DNA from: Selaginella moellendorffii
Taxonomy: Eukaryota > Plantae > Lycopodiophyta
Direction of reading: 5' to 3'
DNA length: 64,000 nt
Assembly (NCBI RefSeq): GCF_000143415.4
Contig: NW_003314266.1
Coordinates: forward strand, 1,386,463 to 1,450,462
The notes below the pieces were generated by a model. That model was not told the DNA's origin. It was given only the letters and a program-made list of their open reading frames with translations, and did no database searches. Below are positions 1-12,200 of this stretch, piece by piece (position 1 is the first letter of the stretch; the number at the start of each line of letters is the position of its first letter). The position numbers and the translations under genes are program-made.

Positions 1-3000
1 AGCTCGACCCCGCAGCAGAGGCCTATCGAGAACCTTACCGGGTATACGTGAATTCGGATGAGGATCAAAGGTGGAGGAGCATCGTTTCCCGCGGAGATGA
101 GCAGGTCAAGAACATCTTTTGTGTGATGGACTTCACAAACGAGGAGATCACTCATGCAGACGAAGTCAGCTCCATCATTGACTTAATGGTGGGACTTGCG
201 GAGGTGGAATCTTCAGTCCACTATATGATCTACGACTCCGAATCCTATCACAAGTTCTGGAAGGCCTTGAACGAGGTGAAGGCTCGGTTGAAAGGCAAGG
301 AGATGCAGGAGATCCATGGGATAATGGCTAAGAAGAAGATACCGACGAATGTCCGCATCTTCACACTCGCCCTTGTTATTGGTCCTGCAGCAGAGTGGGA
401 CTGGAGTGACTTCCCAGCTTCGTTCGACAAGGCCGATCGAATTGATCTGAGGGAGGTCAATTTACCCGTGCCTGAGGAACTGAAGACGGCTATGGAGCTT
501 TCGAATCCAGAGAAAGCTCCAGGTGTAGCATGGGAAATGCTCAGCTGGGTCTTCAACGCAATAGCACCTGCTTCCGACTCCAAGGGCAAATGCGTTGTCA
601 AGTACAACTGCGGCAGACTATTCTTTCGAGCCGCACTACTCAAGGGTGTCCCGTGTGTTGCGGTGACAAACTCCATTGAAGAGGTGACTTCAATGAAGCA
701 TATAATTACAGTTGCCAAAGAAAAACAGTATCTTCTTTGCGAACCTGGTGAGTACGCACTTTAAGTTTAAATGTTATCTCACAAGCTCTGTATGCAGGAG
801 CGTGGCCACCCCCAGATGCTGAAATGGCGTTAACAGCTACTGTTGGGCCGAGCTCACAACCTGCACAAGGTAAGGTCACGTGAGGCCTCACGCCATTTTG
901 ATTATAGATCGTTGTGAATATTCAGACACGAGGACTAAAAAGCGCACTAGTGGCGCGTCGAAGAAGGACAAACAGACAAGCAATAGGAAAAAAGGAGGTA
1001 CAAATTATATTTGCAATGGCGTGTGGTCTCATGCCATTCCTTGCAGGAGACACTTCTTCAAAGGCAAAACAGGCAAGCACCAGCCAAGCTCAAACTAACA
1101 GTGGTCATAAAAAGCGAAAGCACGTTGGACAGTCGTCGGGATCAGAGGCGTTTGATTCGAAAAGGAAGAAGGGCAACGAAAAGATGATAGATAATGCCTC
1201 GCGGTCACCACCTCCTGACTCAGATTCCTATGGCGGACTCCCCTTCCCCAATCTCAATGGAGAGGTACAATGGATGAGGGATGCTTTTCAAGTCAGGGCC
1301 ATGTTTTTCTCATCTCGTCGTCTTCAAAGGGTGCAAGAACGTGCAGAAACCATGTTAAGACAGTCGGGTGAGGATACAGTCCTAGGTCACGCACTAAAAC
1401 AAGCTATGGATGTCTTGTATTTTGAGATGGAGACTCGGCCAGATGATTTTCCCAAGATGGTCCTGGAAGAACAAGCCATCCAGCCTGAGCAGCCTATGGA
1501 AGAAATGCAGGAGGGGGATGAGGAGCCAGAGAAAGATAATGAGCAGGAAGAGCAGAAGGACGAAGAGGAGGACAAAGAAGAGGAGGACGAAGAAGAGGAG
1601 GACGAAGAGGACTTGGATGGTCCTCACAATGGTGACAATCACAATAACAACGACGACGATGATGACGACGATGACCAACCTGAGGTGGCCAAAGAGCAGC
1701 GGAGGAAGGTCATACAAGACAAACCATCAGGTAAATAATAGTACATCCATTCCTAACCTTTTACCATTTCTAACATTGTCCATGTAGGTCGCAAAGCAAA
1801 TGGTAAGTAGAGATTATTCAGTTGAATTAAGATACAAACTCTAGCCTTTAGTGTCGAGGAAGGATAGTGCCAAGCAAGGGTCGAAACGTATGTCCAATCC
1901 TTCAGAATCAGTAGTGCGCCCAAGTGATATCGGTCCTAGTTCCTCAATAGCAGTTGATGGTAAATACAGTATAGTCGATTCAATGTGCTAATGAGTTTGT
2001 TTTTAGTAGCCAGTAGGGAGGATACCATCTCAATCGAAGGGAGATATTTGGACATGCATATGGATCCGCTAGTGGACTCTACTTGCCTGCAAGAGTCATC
2101 AGAGCTGGTGGAGGCTACTATCCATATCAACGCCAAGCAAGCTGACCACGCTCCACTTGATGCTGCCCATACCACTGAGTCAATCTTGTCCACGTATCCA
2201 ACTGACGGTGACCAGGCGCCATTGGACCTGCATGAGGCCGCCCCAGCCGCCGAGCCGGTCGTATCCTCATTTCCAACGGACTCAACGTGTGCCCAATCGT
2301 CTGACTATGCGCCGTCCCTACACCGCCCCTGCTGCCTGTTCGGTCATGTCCACTTTGCCAACGGAGGCACCAGCTGAAATGGCGTGTGATCACACGCCAT
2401 CGGAACCACCCCATGCCACTGTTGAGCCAGTTGTACCAGAGTCTACAGCTGAAATGGCATGTGCCCACACGCCATCGGATGCGATTGACCCCACATTGCA
2501 GAGGAGAGTATTTCCGCCCTTCACGTTTCCTCGACCAAAACCCTCTGAACGACCATCGGGAGCACCATTCGCTAATATTGTAGATGGTAAAATTGACTTG
2601 TACCATTTTTTATGCTGACGCATTTCATTTCAGAGTCACGGCGAAGGTACTGTATCGTTTTTTATCTGAACGGTGTCCTTTTCTCCCATGAGCGTGGCTC
2701 ATCCTCGAATGTCACTGCACCCTCCAAAGCCTGCGGTCGCAAGTTGGTCAAAAGAGACAGATTCACATTAATCACACGGGAGAAACTGCGGGATCTAATA
2801 ATGACCATGCGACACTTAAAACAGAGGGCCGGGTTCAATTTGCAATTGGGAGTTTGGACATCCATGATGCGCCACAATGCATTAACGTTGCTACAGATGA
2901 TGCACGATCAGACGCGAGTAATATTACCATTTGACTTTCTCCTAACGCAGGAGGATTGCTTGACTATGGTCCATGTGAGGGGTAGCAAGCCCATCTTCGT

Positions 3001-3496
3001 CAAGCCAAAGGCTGTAGTGATGAACCGGACTGCTAGGTCAAGTGAAATCCTCATCATCGATGACTCGCCGATTAAAACTGCAGCAAACACGCACACATAT
3101 GTAGTGCACCCCATCTCTTGCAGTATGGAAACTAGGGAGAAGAAACCGTATGTTCTGGGGGACCTTGCAGAACGGCTTGGAGCGATGGTGATAGAGAACC
3201 GGCCAGTCCAGGAGGTGGCTGCAGAAATCAACCAAATGGCAGATGGAACGGTATATCAGAAGCCATTTGATCGAACAGACACCAGTCATCATTTATGGCA
3301 TGTATATTGTCTAGCCAAGCACTATCCGCATCTCCATAATCTGCTCAACCGGATGGGTTCTTCGACCATTAAACATGAGCGTGGACGTATTAGAGAAGAG
3401 ATGGCATTACTATTGGGTTTAAATCCTGATAGTGTGGAGAGTGATGAAATTCCAAGATTATTGTATAGGCGTTGGAGGCAAAAAATAACAGTCTGA
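1..3496 (+). CDS. 5'-truncated multi-exon gene: degenerate N6/N4 DNA-methyltransferase-like domain, acidic/disordered linker and FCP1/NIF HAD-like domain; one apparent frameshift near 2320
   Basis: ORFs 48-764, 880-1098, 914-1738, 1985-2377, 2157-2618 and 2612-3496 join in frame through short phase-1 GT-AG introns (approx. 748-797, 870-925, 998-1046, 1731-1787, 1803-1851, 1933-2006, 2587-2633). The last exon has IVFYLNGVL...LGVWTS...ILIIDDSPIK, matching FCP1/NIF motifs. Confidence 0.65.
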
Positions 3497-4289
3497 GATG
3501 GCATATATTTATTTAAAAATGTAACTTATTATGGCATGGGGTTCCATGCCATTGTATTAATATTAAAAGACAATTCTTTGAGAGGATTTGCATTATACTA
3601 GAAGTGTTACAGCGTGTTACAGCATGTTATTGGAAGTCTACGAAGTTGTTTTATTAATAAGGGGAAAGTAAAGATTGAATGGGGACTTGGGCTCCACCTA
3701 GACTCGGAGCAACTGAGCCAATATTAAAAGGATGGAAAGAAATTGGACGACGATGACAAGGAGAAGAGAGAGGTGAAGCAGTGGCAGGGGGAGGAGAAGT
3801 GATTGAGTAGACATTTCCTTGTTTAAAATAAAATGGCATATGCCTCAATGCAGTTGAATTTTGTTATATTTATATACTATATAAAGGTTTGGAAACCTTA
3901 TTTTACAAGTGGGATAATGACAATTCCCACTTTAACGAAATAGAGCTTATCCTTAAAACCATATTAAGAATGTAAATGCCAAAATGGCAAGTTATCAGCA
4001 AGTGATGTAGGATTTTTAAACTCATTGCAAAGCTTTCAAATTCATGGCTCAATCTTTAAAACCTTATAAACCTCGTTAAGAGAAGGTAAATCGTGCTCTA
4101 TACCTTGTGAACACTAAACATCAACTACAACAACTGCTAATGGCATGGAATCCTTGTCTAAAAATCCACAAATATTGGAACAACAAACTTGACAGAAACA
4201 TGAGAAGAGAGTGAAGAAGGAAGAAGAGCTCAAGAAAAAGTATTAGCATCAGCCATAAAACTCTTTGAGTAATGGATAATATCAAAATC

Positions 4290-5561
4290 ATATATCTAAA
4301 GTTTCAAAACCCACTAAGCAACTAAGTTCTTTCATTTCAATAATGAAGTAACTGCAACATGATCACCTTTTAATAACATTTGAGAATTATATAGATATGC
4401 ATAAAGTTTCTCGAAACCCCAAATTGCTATTAAACACTCTTTCTCTATCATGGAGTAATTCACCTCAGTTGGTCGTAATGTATAATTGATATATGCAATA
4501 GAATGGTGCTGACCGAGTACATTCAAACTTTCTTGCATCAACACACATTCAAGACTAATATTAGTAGCATCCACACGCAAAATAAAAGGTTGAGTGTAGT
4601 CAAAATAGAGGAATTGTCAATAACTCTTTGAGATTTGTAAATGCCCACTCACAGTTTATAGACCAAATGAAAGATGACATTGATGACTTCAGGAATGCTT
4701 GCAATGGTGCAATGAGATCAAGAAGATAATCAACAAAACAACCAAGATACTACACTTTGCTTAAGAAGTTTTGTATATCACACACTTTGGAGTAGGGAAC
4801 TTTAGAACAGCCATAAATTTGTCAAGATCAACTTGTAAGCCCTCTTGAGAAATACGGTACCCAAGATAAATCATGTCCTTGGACCCAAACACACACTTCA
4901 ACCGCTTCAACTTTAAACTAACTTCCCATAGTTGATTTAACACCTTACGAACATCACGGATGTGTTCCTCCCACATCCCCTTCAAGTGGATCAAGACATC
5001 ATTGATGAAATCAGCAATCACTTCTAGTATGTCACAAATAACTTTGCCCATTATTCACTGAAAAGTTGTTGAAGCATTGTTCAAACCAAATGGCATCACT
5101 AAGAACTCATACAAACCAAACAGTATATGAAAAACAATGTTAGGAATATCTTCCTCGGCCATTGGCACTTGCCAGTACCCAAAAACAAGATTTAACTTAG
5201 CGAACTAATGACTTCTCCCTAGATGATCCAAGAGACTAGTAGTGTAAGAAAAGGGGCACACATCTAATCTCATCATTTTATTTAACAAACGATAGTTGAT
5301 GCAAAAATGAATACTCCCATCAGGCTTCACCATATGGCCAAGGACTCTTCAACTTTCGAATAACACATTTTTCTAACGTCTTCTTGACGTTTGCACGTAG
5401 AATTTTGATTTCTTTTGGTGATTGGCAATGAACAAGAACCTTGATTGGACAAACATCCCCAATTGAAATAGAATGACGTATTACAATTTTGGCCCCATAC
5501 AATAGGTCAAATTCAAAGAAATCAACATACTCTTTAATGAGTCAGTCAACCACTACAACAC
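4290..5561 (-). pseudogene. Degenerate Ty3/gypsy pol (RT and RNase H), 3' part of element C
   Basis: Broken ORFs: RHSISIGDVCPIK...VIRKLKSPW, FINDVLIH (YLDD-like), LKLKRLKCVFG...YLGYRIS, VDATNISL, NYSMIEKECLIAIWGF. Many stops and frameshifts. Confidence 0.85.
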
Positions 5562-5725
5562 TGTAGCGCACGTGGTTTTGACCCTTTATCCTATGGTGAT
5601 TTACCATAGGATAACACCACGAAGTGGAACCTAAACCCTCTTTTATGCCATGTGACATATGCCACATGTCACATGCCACGTGTCCATAGGACAGCGGCGT
5701 GGAACCCGAGGTTTAGGGCCTTGGG
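5562..5725 (-). repeat. Element B 3' LTR, left fragment (split by element A1)
   Basis: Matches 33166-33328 and resumes at 19673 after the A1 insertion. Confidence 0.9.
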
Positions 5726-6280
5726 TGTGAGACACAAAATCCCTAGGCCCCAAAGTGGAGCCGAAAGGGTGCCACATGGTAGTGGCCGAAGCGAAAGCTA
5801 AACGAGCGTAACACGTTTGGACTAAAAGCTCTAACTTGAAAGGTCGAGAGCGGGAGTGGAACTCCCAACAAAGTGCTCAAGGAACAAGCATGAAGCGAGG
5901 AATAAGCGAAGCTCCAAAAAGGGACCCAAAAAGGACCAACACATGACACGTAGAAGTGTTCGAGATGGACCTGAGTTGGAGTCCGAAGTGGAGTCTGAAG
6001 TGGAGTTCGAGATGGACCCGAGTTGGAGTCCGAAGTGCAATCCGAGAAGGACTTGAGATTGAGTCTGAGGTGGACCCGAGATGGACCCGAGATGGAGTCC
6101 GAGATGGAGTCCGAGGTGGAGTCCGAGGTGGACCCAATGGACCCGAGATGGATCCAAGATTGAGTCCGAGACGGACCCAAGACGGAGTCCGAGATGGAGT
6201 CCAAGATGGACCCGAGATGGAATCCGAGATGGAGTCTGAAAAGGACTCAAGATGGAGTCCGAGGTCGAGACCGAGACCGG

Positions 6281-6316
<36 letters not shown>

Positions 6317-7394
6317 AACAGAGACGGAGAATGAGATCGGGACCGAGACCGAGGCCGAGGCCGAGTTCGAGTCTGAGTTCGAGTCCGAGTCCGAGTTCGA
6401 GTCTGAGAGGGTGAAAGCCCAAAGCGTTCGTCTCCCAGACCCTGGGGTTTTTGGTGAGCTCCAAAAGTATAGTAAGGGGGAGGACTGCAGTGGAGCCAGT
6501 TTGGCCAGGAAAGGCCAGTTTGGCCCAGGAAGGCCGGACCTAGTGTTGGGTGATGAGCTGCCCACTGGGAAGTCCAAGACTAGAGTGAACACAGACCGAC
6601 AAGTGGGGTAGCTTGGTGAAGTGTTCAAGAGCCGGCTCTAGTTCCCCCGGGAGATCGATTGGCCGATGCTCCCAGTCCAAGTATGGGTGGCACTACCTAC
6701 TTGGATACCTAGTGTGGCTCAACAGAACCTTGCTCTAAGCCCATGGCTAGAGCACCCGAAGGCAGAAGGCGAGGAGAGTACCCACGAGGCTTGCGTAGGG
6801 CCATGGTGTTTCGAAATGTTGTCCCAAAGTCCCAAACTGTTAAAAAGAAGAGGAATAGTCCTTTGGTGTGGTGACAAAGGACACAATCATACAGTGAGGA
6901 AGTCCCAAAGGACAGTTGGACATAGTGGTCGGGCCTGTGGGCCTTGATCCAATGGCAGTGTTGGTGAACATGGCCATGGGCAGGAAGGGACTTGGTGGGG
7001 ACTGGAAAAGAGATATTGGGGAAGGCATGTCTACAGGCATCATGAGGATGCTATGAAGTGGATCTGGGATAGCCACTCATGGATGGATGGCCTAGTCTTT
7101 GAGAGACAGGATTGTAATGCAGGTGGTGTTGGACCACCGATGTGACCAAGGTGAATGGGCATGGCCTAGCGTAACGGGCTGGTATGTCGGTGGTACCTTG
7201 GGGTGTCGGTCATGGGATCGGACACGTGGAGCACTTGGACCAAGTGCAAAGGTTGAGTGGCGTGGATGCCATTCTCGGGGCTAGCAAGCCCCAAGTTCTA
7301 AATGGGACTTATGGAGGTTATGAATGAGACTCCTCCGAGTGGTCGGAGGTGCGGTTAAGTGACTAAAGTAGAATGGAAAAATTAGTCACTTACA
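5726..7394 (+). repeat. Element A1 5' LTR, with an internal GAGTCC/GAGACC/GATGGA tandem array (about 5960-6405)
   Basis: TGTGAGACAC...CACTTACA, one of six homologous LTRs in the window; followed by the PBS. Confidence 0.92.
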
Positions 7395-9261
7395 ACTTGG
7401 TATCGGAGTTGTTCCTTAGTCCAACTTTTATTGGTGCTCAAGTATATCACCACTGGTGTTGGCATCGGAAGGTCCGAAAAGTGGGTCTATCCTTGAGGAG
7501 TAGCAGGTTGGGAAGACATGGCTCTCCATTATAGTTCATGTGTGAACTTGTAGACAAGGTGGTGGATAGAAAAGGGCCAATAATGGAATGACTTTGGGAT
7601 TTTGGGAACAATGCAAGGTTTTCCTCATTGAGTTGAGGAGATGATCTAAATGAGCGTTTGACTCAGCAAACTAGCTAATGTAGTTGTGGTAAACAACTAT
7701 AGTTGGGATCACGGGGAAGATAAAGACTCCAAAAACAATAAAGGAGTCACAAGATTATCCTTACATAGTTGAGGCTAGTGCTCATGAAGGTGAGACCGGA
7801 GTGGATGACCGTGAGAGGTCAAGTATGAATGAGGACACAAGTCCTTGAAGTGGTAGCTAATGTTACCTTTTATAAATGCTGGAACAAACCCAAAGAGTTG
7901 GGGGTGTGCTCAAAGGATGAGTCAGTATTTTCATCATATGGACAAGTAATCCTAAGGGGCAAAGGTAGCCCACAGAGAACGGAAAATAATAAAGTGTTAG
8001 AGTGACACTTGCAAAGACGATCTTTATGAGTAGGACATGAATACACGAATTTGTATTCCAGTGTACTGGCACCTCAAAAATAAGACCTTATAGGTCATTG
8101 GATTGGCAAAGTCCGAAAATGTTAAATGACTCGAGTAGAGTCAAAGGATGATCCAGAAGGATTGGTAAAAACATTTAGACTGAGGTTTGTGGTGCCTCAT
8201 GAAGGATGGGGAGGATTTTAAAATCCAAGTATGAGAACAGTAGATATCTCATTGATGGCAAAAGTGCTAAAGTTGTGGGAAAGAGTTTCCCAGAAGAAAA
8301 CAACTTTGACACAAAGTTGTGCATGAACTCTATGGTGCAGTGTTAATGGATAATTGACAAAAATACCTAGACACAAGTAAAAAGTGTTATAAAGGTAGGC
8401 TCGTGGAGTCGATAGTGTGGAGACACCGAAGGTGCCAAGGCGTGCTGCCTTGAGGTCAAGTTGGCGGGTTCATGAGAACCCCTTCCAAAGGAATCCCAAT
8501 GGAAATGGGAATAGCATAGCCTAAGCTGGAAGGCATGTGGTTAGAGTGTGGTGACCCAGATAATGATGAAGGTGTGGAAGCACTAGCAATGAGTTGTAGG
8601 ACTTGACAATTATAAGGCAACTAAGCAAAAGGTGCAAAATAATTCGTAAACTGGTAGAAGGCAACTACCTAAGACTTCTTATTGGGATAAGGAAGTTCAA
8701 TATACCCTTATAAGGTATAAATTGCTTATATTGCGATATAGTAAGTCAATGTCGAAAAGGGAATGCTCATTGTCAAAGAGGCCATCATTGGGACACTCAA
8801 ACACTTTAGAAGACCAGAAAGGGGTATTTGGTGTCATGAGGGCAATGGATAATGCCCAAGGGACAAAGTCCCTAGCGAATGAAGGATAGGAGGTGCTATC
8901 CAAATGTCCAAGGTTGTGGAGATGGGAGAAGTCCGTCTACCCAAATTGGATAAAGCCAAAGAGGGGTTTTGGCAAGGCTAGTAATGGGCATATAAAGGCC
9001 CATAAGTAGCAACGATGATCCTAGTGTGTGGGATTACAAGGTGAGCAAACCCGGATTGAGGAACCACTCCCTAGGCTATCGGGTAGGTTCATCCCTATGA
9101 ATACTTGAAGGCATGGTAGAAAGTGCAAAGCTATCTTCCTAGACTGGAGGAGAATAACCAAAGGAAATGTATGAGGCTAAAAGGCAAGTAGTATAGGGAT
9201 AGAATCGAACCATAGGAATTGACAGGCATGACCAAGGGTGGTTATGCAAGTTGGGAGTGGA

Positions 9262-12200
9262 TGTTAATATTCAGGGGAATATGCCGACAAGCTGAAGAGT
9301 CAACGGTCGCGATAGTTAGACTGAGATAGATTATAACAGCGTGTTATCAATTCAATCTCTAGTCGAGTCGATTCGTTTCATGGTATCGGAGCCGAGATTC
9401 TGATCAAGACGAGTTTCCCGCAGCAGCATGTCTCCGTCGTCGTCGCAAGTGCTCGAAGTCTACGATGGCAAAGATTTTCCGTCGTGGAAACTTCAGATGC
9501 AACTCTACTTCCTGGAAAAGGATCTGTGGAATGTGGTGAGGGGAAAGGAACGGCGACCTCCATCACCAGTCCGGCAGACCAAGAAGAAAGCGAAGGAGGG
9601 TGAAGAAGAAACAAAGGATGAGGATCCGGTGGACACCTTGAAAGCAGAGCGCAAGGATTGGGATGCCAAGAACAACAAGACGTTGGGCATCTTAGGTCGC
9701 GCTCTGGCAAAAAGATATAGGAGCCACTTGAACATGGAGGATACAGCGAAGGCAAATTGGGAGAAAATCTGCTAGGTTTTTGGCACATGCAGCAGGGCAT
9801 GGTTGATCGATCTGAAAACCCAGTTCAACGGGTGTCAACAGGGCAGTAGTTCAGTAAATGACTATGCCAGTCGCCTTATGGGCCTTGCACAGCAGATCAC
9901 TGACGCTCAGGAGAATCCGGTCAGTGACGACGAGCTCACATCAGCGCTGTTCAAGGGACTCTCCACAACCTTACTCGTTTCTGGAGCCCATCTCATGAAT
10001 TCTCACCTCACCTTTGAGGAGATTGTTGCAGAACTCTCAGCTCTTGAGAACTTCCTCAGCCCCGAGGAAAAGAACAAGGAGGAGAAGGTAGAACTTGCTC
10101 TGTTCACAGCAAACGGCAAGCGGTCAACCACAGTGTGGGATCGGCTGGGCCCAGTGAATAAGGTGGACAAAGGCGGCACCAGCAAGAGCAAGTGCAGCAA
10201 ACGTGATGACAGATGCAACGCATGCAAAGCACCAGGTCATTTTGCCAGAGACTGCACTCATGCTGAGGCAAAGAAGGCATGGCAGGCCAGGAAGGATGCG
10301 ATGGCGAAGAAAGGCAAGAAGAAGCAGGTGGCAAACTATGCAAAATCTGCTCATTCGAAGAGAGAGGCAGCAACTTCAGATGAGGAAGATGAAGATGAAG
10401 CTGAGTGCCATGACAGTCTGTTCATGGCAAGGAGGGTGAGTGCAGAGAAGCACCAGAGTCACCAGTCGACACAGCCCGATCGAGTGAGTACAGTCAGTAC
10501 CACAGCAGCAGAGGTTGTGTGGGTCGACTCCGGAGCAAACCAGCACATGACACACGTCCGAGAGCTGTTCTCCAAGCTGCTACCAGTCAAGGACCAGAGG
10601 ATTTACCTAGGCGATGACTACTCTCATGAAGTGAAAGGTGTGGGGACAATTCAGGTGCAGCTAGCATCTGGACAAGTGGTTCCCATTCACAACGTGTACT
10701 ACGTTCCTGGAATCCTGAAGACGCTGTTCTCAGTCGGGAAGATCGCTGATCATGGCCTTAAAGTCAAGTTTGACAACAATGGCTGCAGGATCAAAGGATC
10801 AGATGACAAGATGCTGGCCAGTGGACGTAGGTACTCGGGCCTTTACAGGCTGAATGCAGAAGTGATCCAGCCACAGCGGTTGTGCTACGCCGGTGCCCAG
10901 AAGGCAGTCGACACTGCGACTTGGCACAGGAGATTGGGTCACACCAACCAGCAGGCGTTGAAGCAGCTAAGCAAGCAGGAGCTGGTGATCGGCCTCCGCA
11001 TAACTCCTCCAGCAGGTGGCAGCTCGTTTTGCGAGCCGTGTGCACTGGGTAAAGCTCACAGGCTCCCTCATCCAACTGCATCCACTAACCGAGCTAAGGG
11101 AATCCTGGACTTGGTTCACTCTGATGTTGGCACGATGCCGAATATGTCCAGAGACGGGAAACAGTACTTTGTCACGTTCGTGGACGATTTTTCTCGCATC
11201 GTGGCCATCAAGTTCCTGAGGAAGAAATCAGAGGTGTTCCAGAAGTTCAAGGACTACAAAGCTCAGGTGGAGCTCCAGACAAGAAAGCTGATCAAGGCAT
11301 TCAGGAGCGATGGCGGTGGCGAGTTTGTGTCGAGAGAATTTGATGAGTTTTGTAGTTCAGCTGGAATACAACGTCAATTCTCCATCCCAGACACTCAACA
11401 GCAGAACGGTGTAGCAGAGAGGATGAACAGGACGCTGCAAGATGTAGCAAGAACCCTGCTGGAAGACTCAGGCCTTCCAAAGTTTTTTTGGTGTGAGGCG
11501 ATGGAGACCGCCGCTTATCTGAGGAACAGACAGCTCACTGTTGCAGTTTCGGGTCAAACTCCCTATCAAGCTTGGTATGGGAGTAAACCAGACATCAGCC
11601 ATCTGCGAGTGTTCGGGAGTGTCTGCTACGCTCATGTAAAGCGACATCATCGCAGCAAGCTTGAAAGAACCAGTCAGAAGTGTGTTCTCGTCAGCTACTC
11701 CGAACAGATGAAAGGCTACAAGTTGTTCAACCTGGAGACTCAGAAGTTGATCGTGGCCAGAGATGTCATCTTCGACGAGACCAGAACTTACGGCACTCGG
11801 GCCCTCCCACCACCGCCAACTTTGGTATTGCCCGAGGTTGCCTCGGACTCGGATAACTCGGATGAAGAAGTTAGGGCAGCGAGTTATGGGAGAACGAGGA
11901 GTGGACGCCAGCCAGGTACGCAGGGTTCAGCCACAGGGCATGGAGCCGGTGGGAGCCAGCGTGATCTGGGGCCAAGTTCAGCAATCGGAGCTGGAGTTAG
12001 TGAGCCTCCAGCTGCAGGTGGCAGTAATCCGATCTCACCAGCGGGTGGGAGTCAGGCCGATCAGGGGGGGAGCTCTCAAGCGAGTGATCAGGCAGTGGGT
12101 CTTGATCAGCAGGCTTCAGATGGCAGAGAGGTTGCCGTTTCAGCTCCACCGTTACGTCGATCCACTCGAGTAACAAAGCTCACAGAGGCAGGGCACCAGT

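Noticed and set aside
5743-6628. Long ORFs with poly-ET, RP, RD, LG and SV dipeptides (also near 15.3-16.5, 17.9-18.9, 25.9-26.7, 31.6-32.6 and 35.1-36.2 kb)
   Set aside because: They are by-products of stop-poor hexamer arrays in LTR A, open in most frames, with frames not conserved between copies.
9773-9775. Programmed gag-pol stop-codon readthrough
   Set aside because: The TAG lies early in gag, before the zinc knuckle, lacks a CARYYA context, and is best explained as a point mutation such as CAG to TAG.
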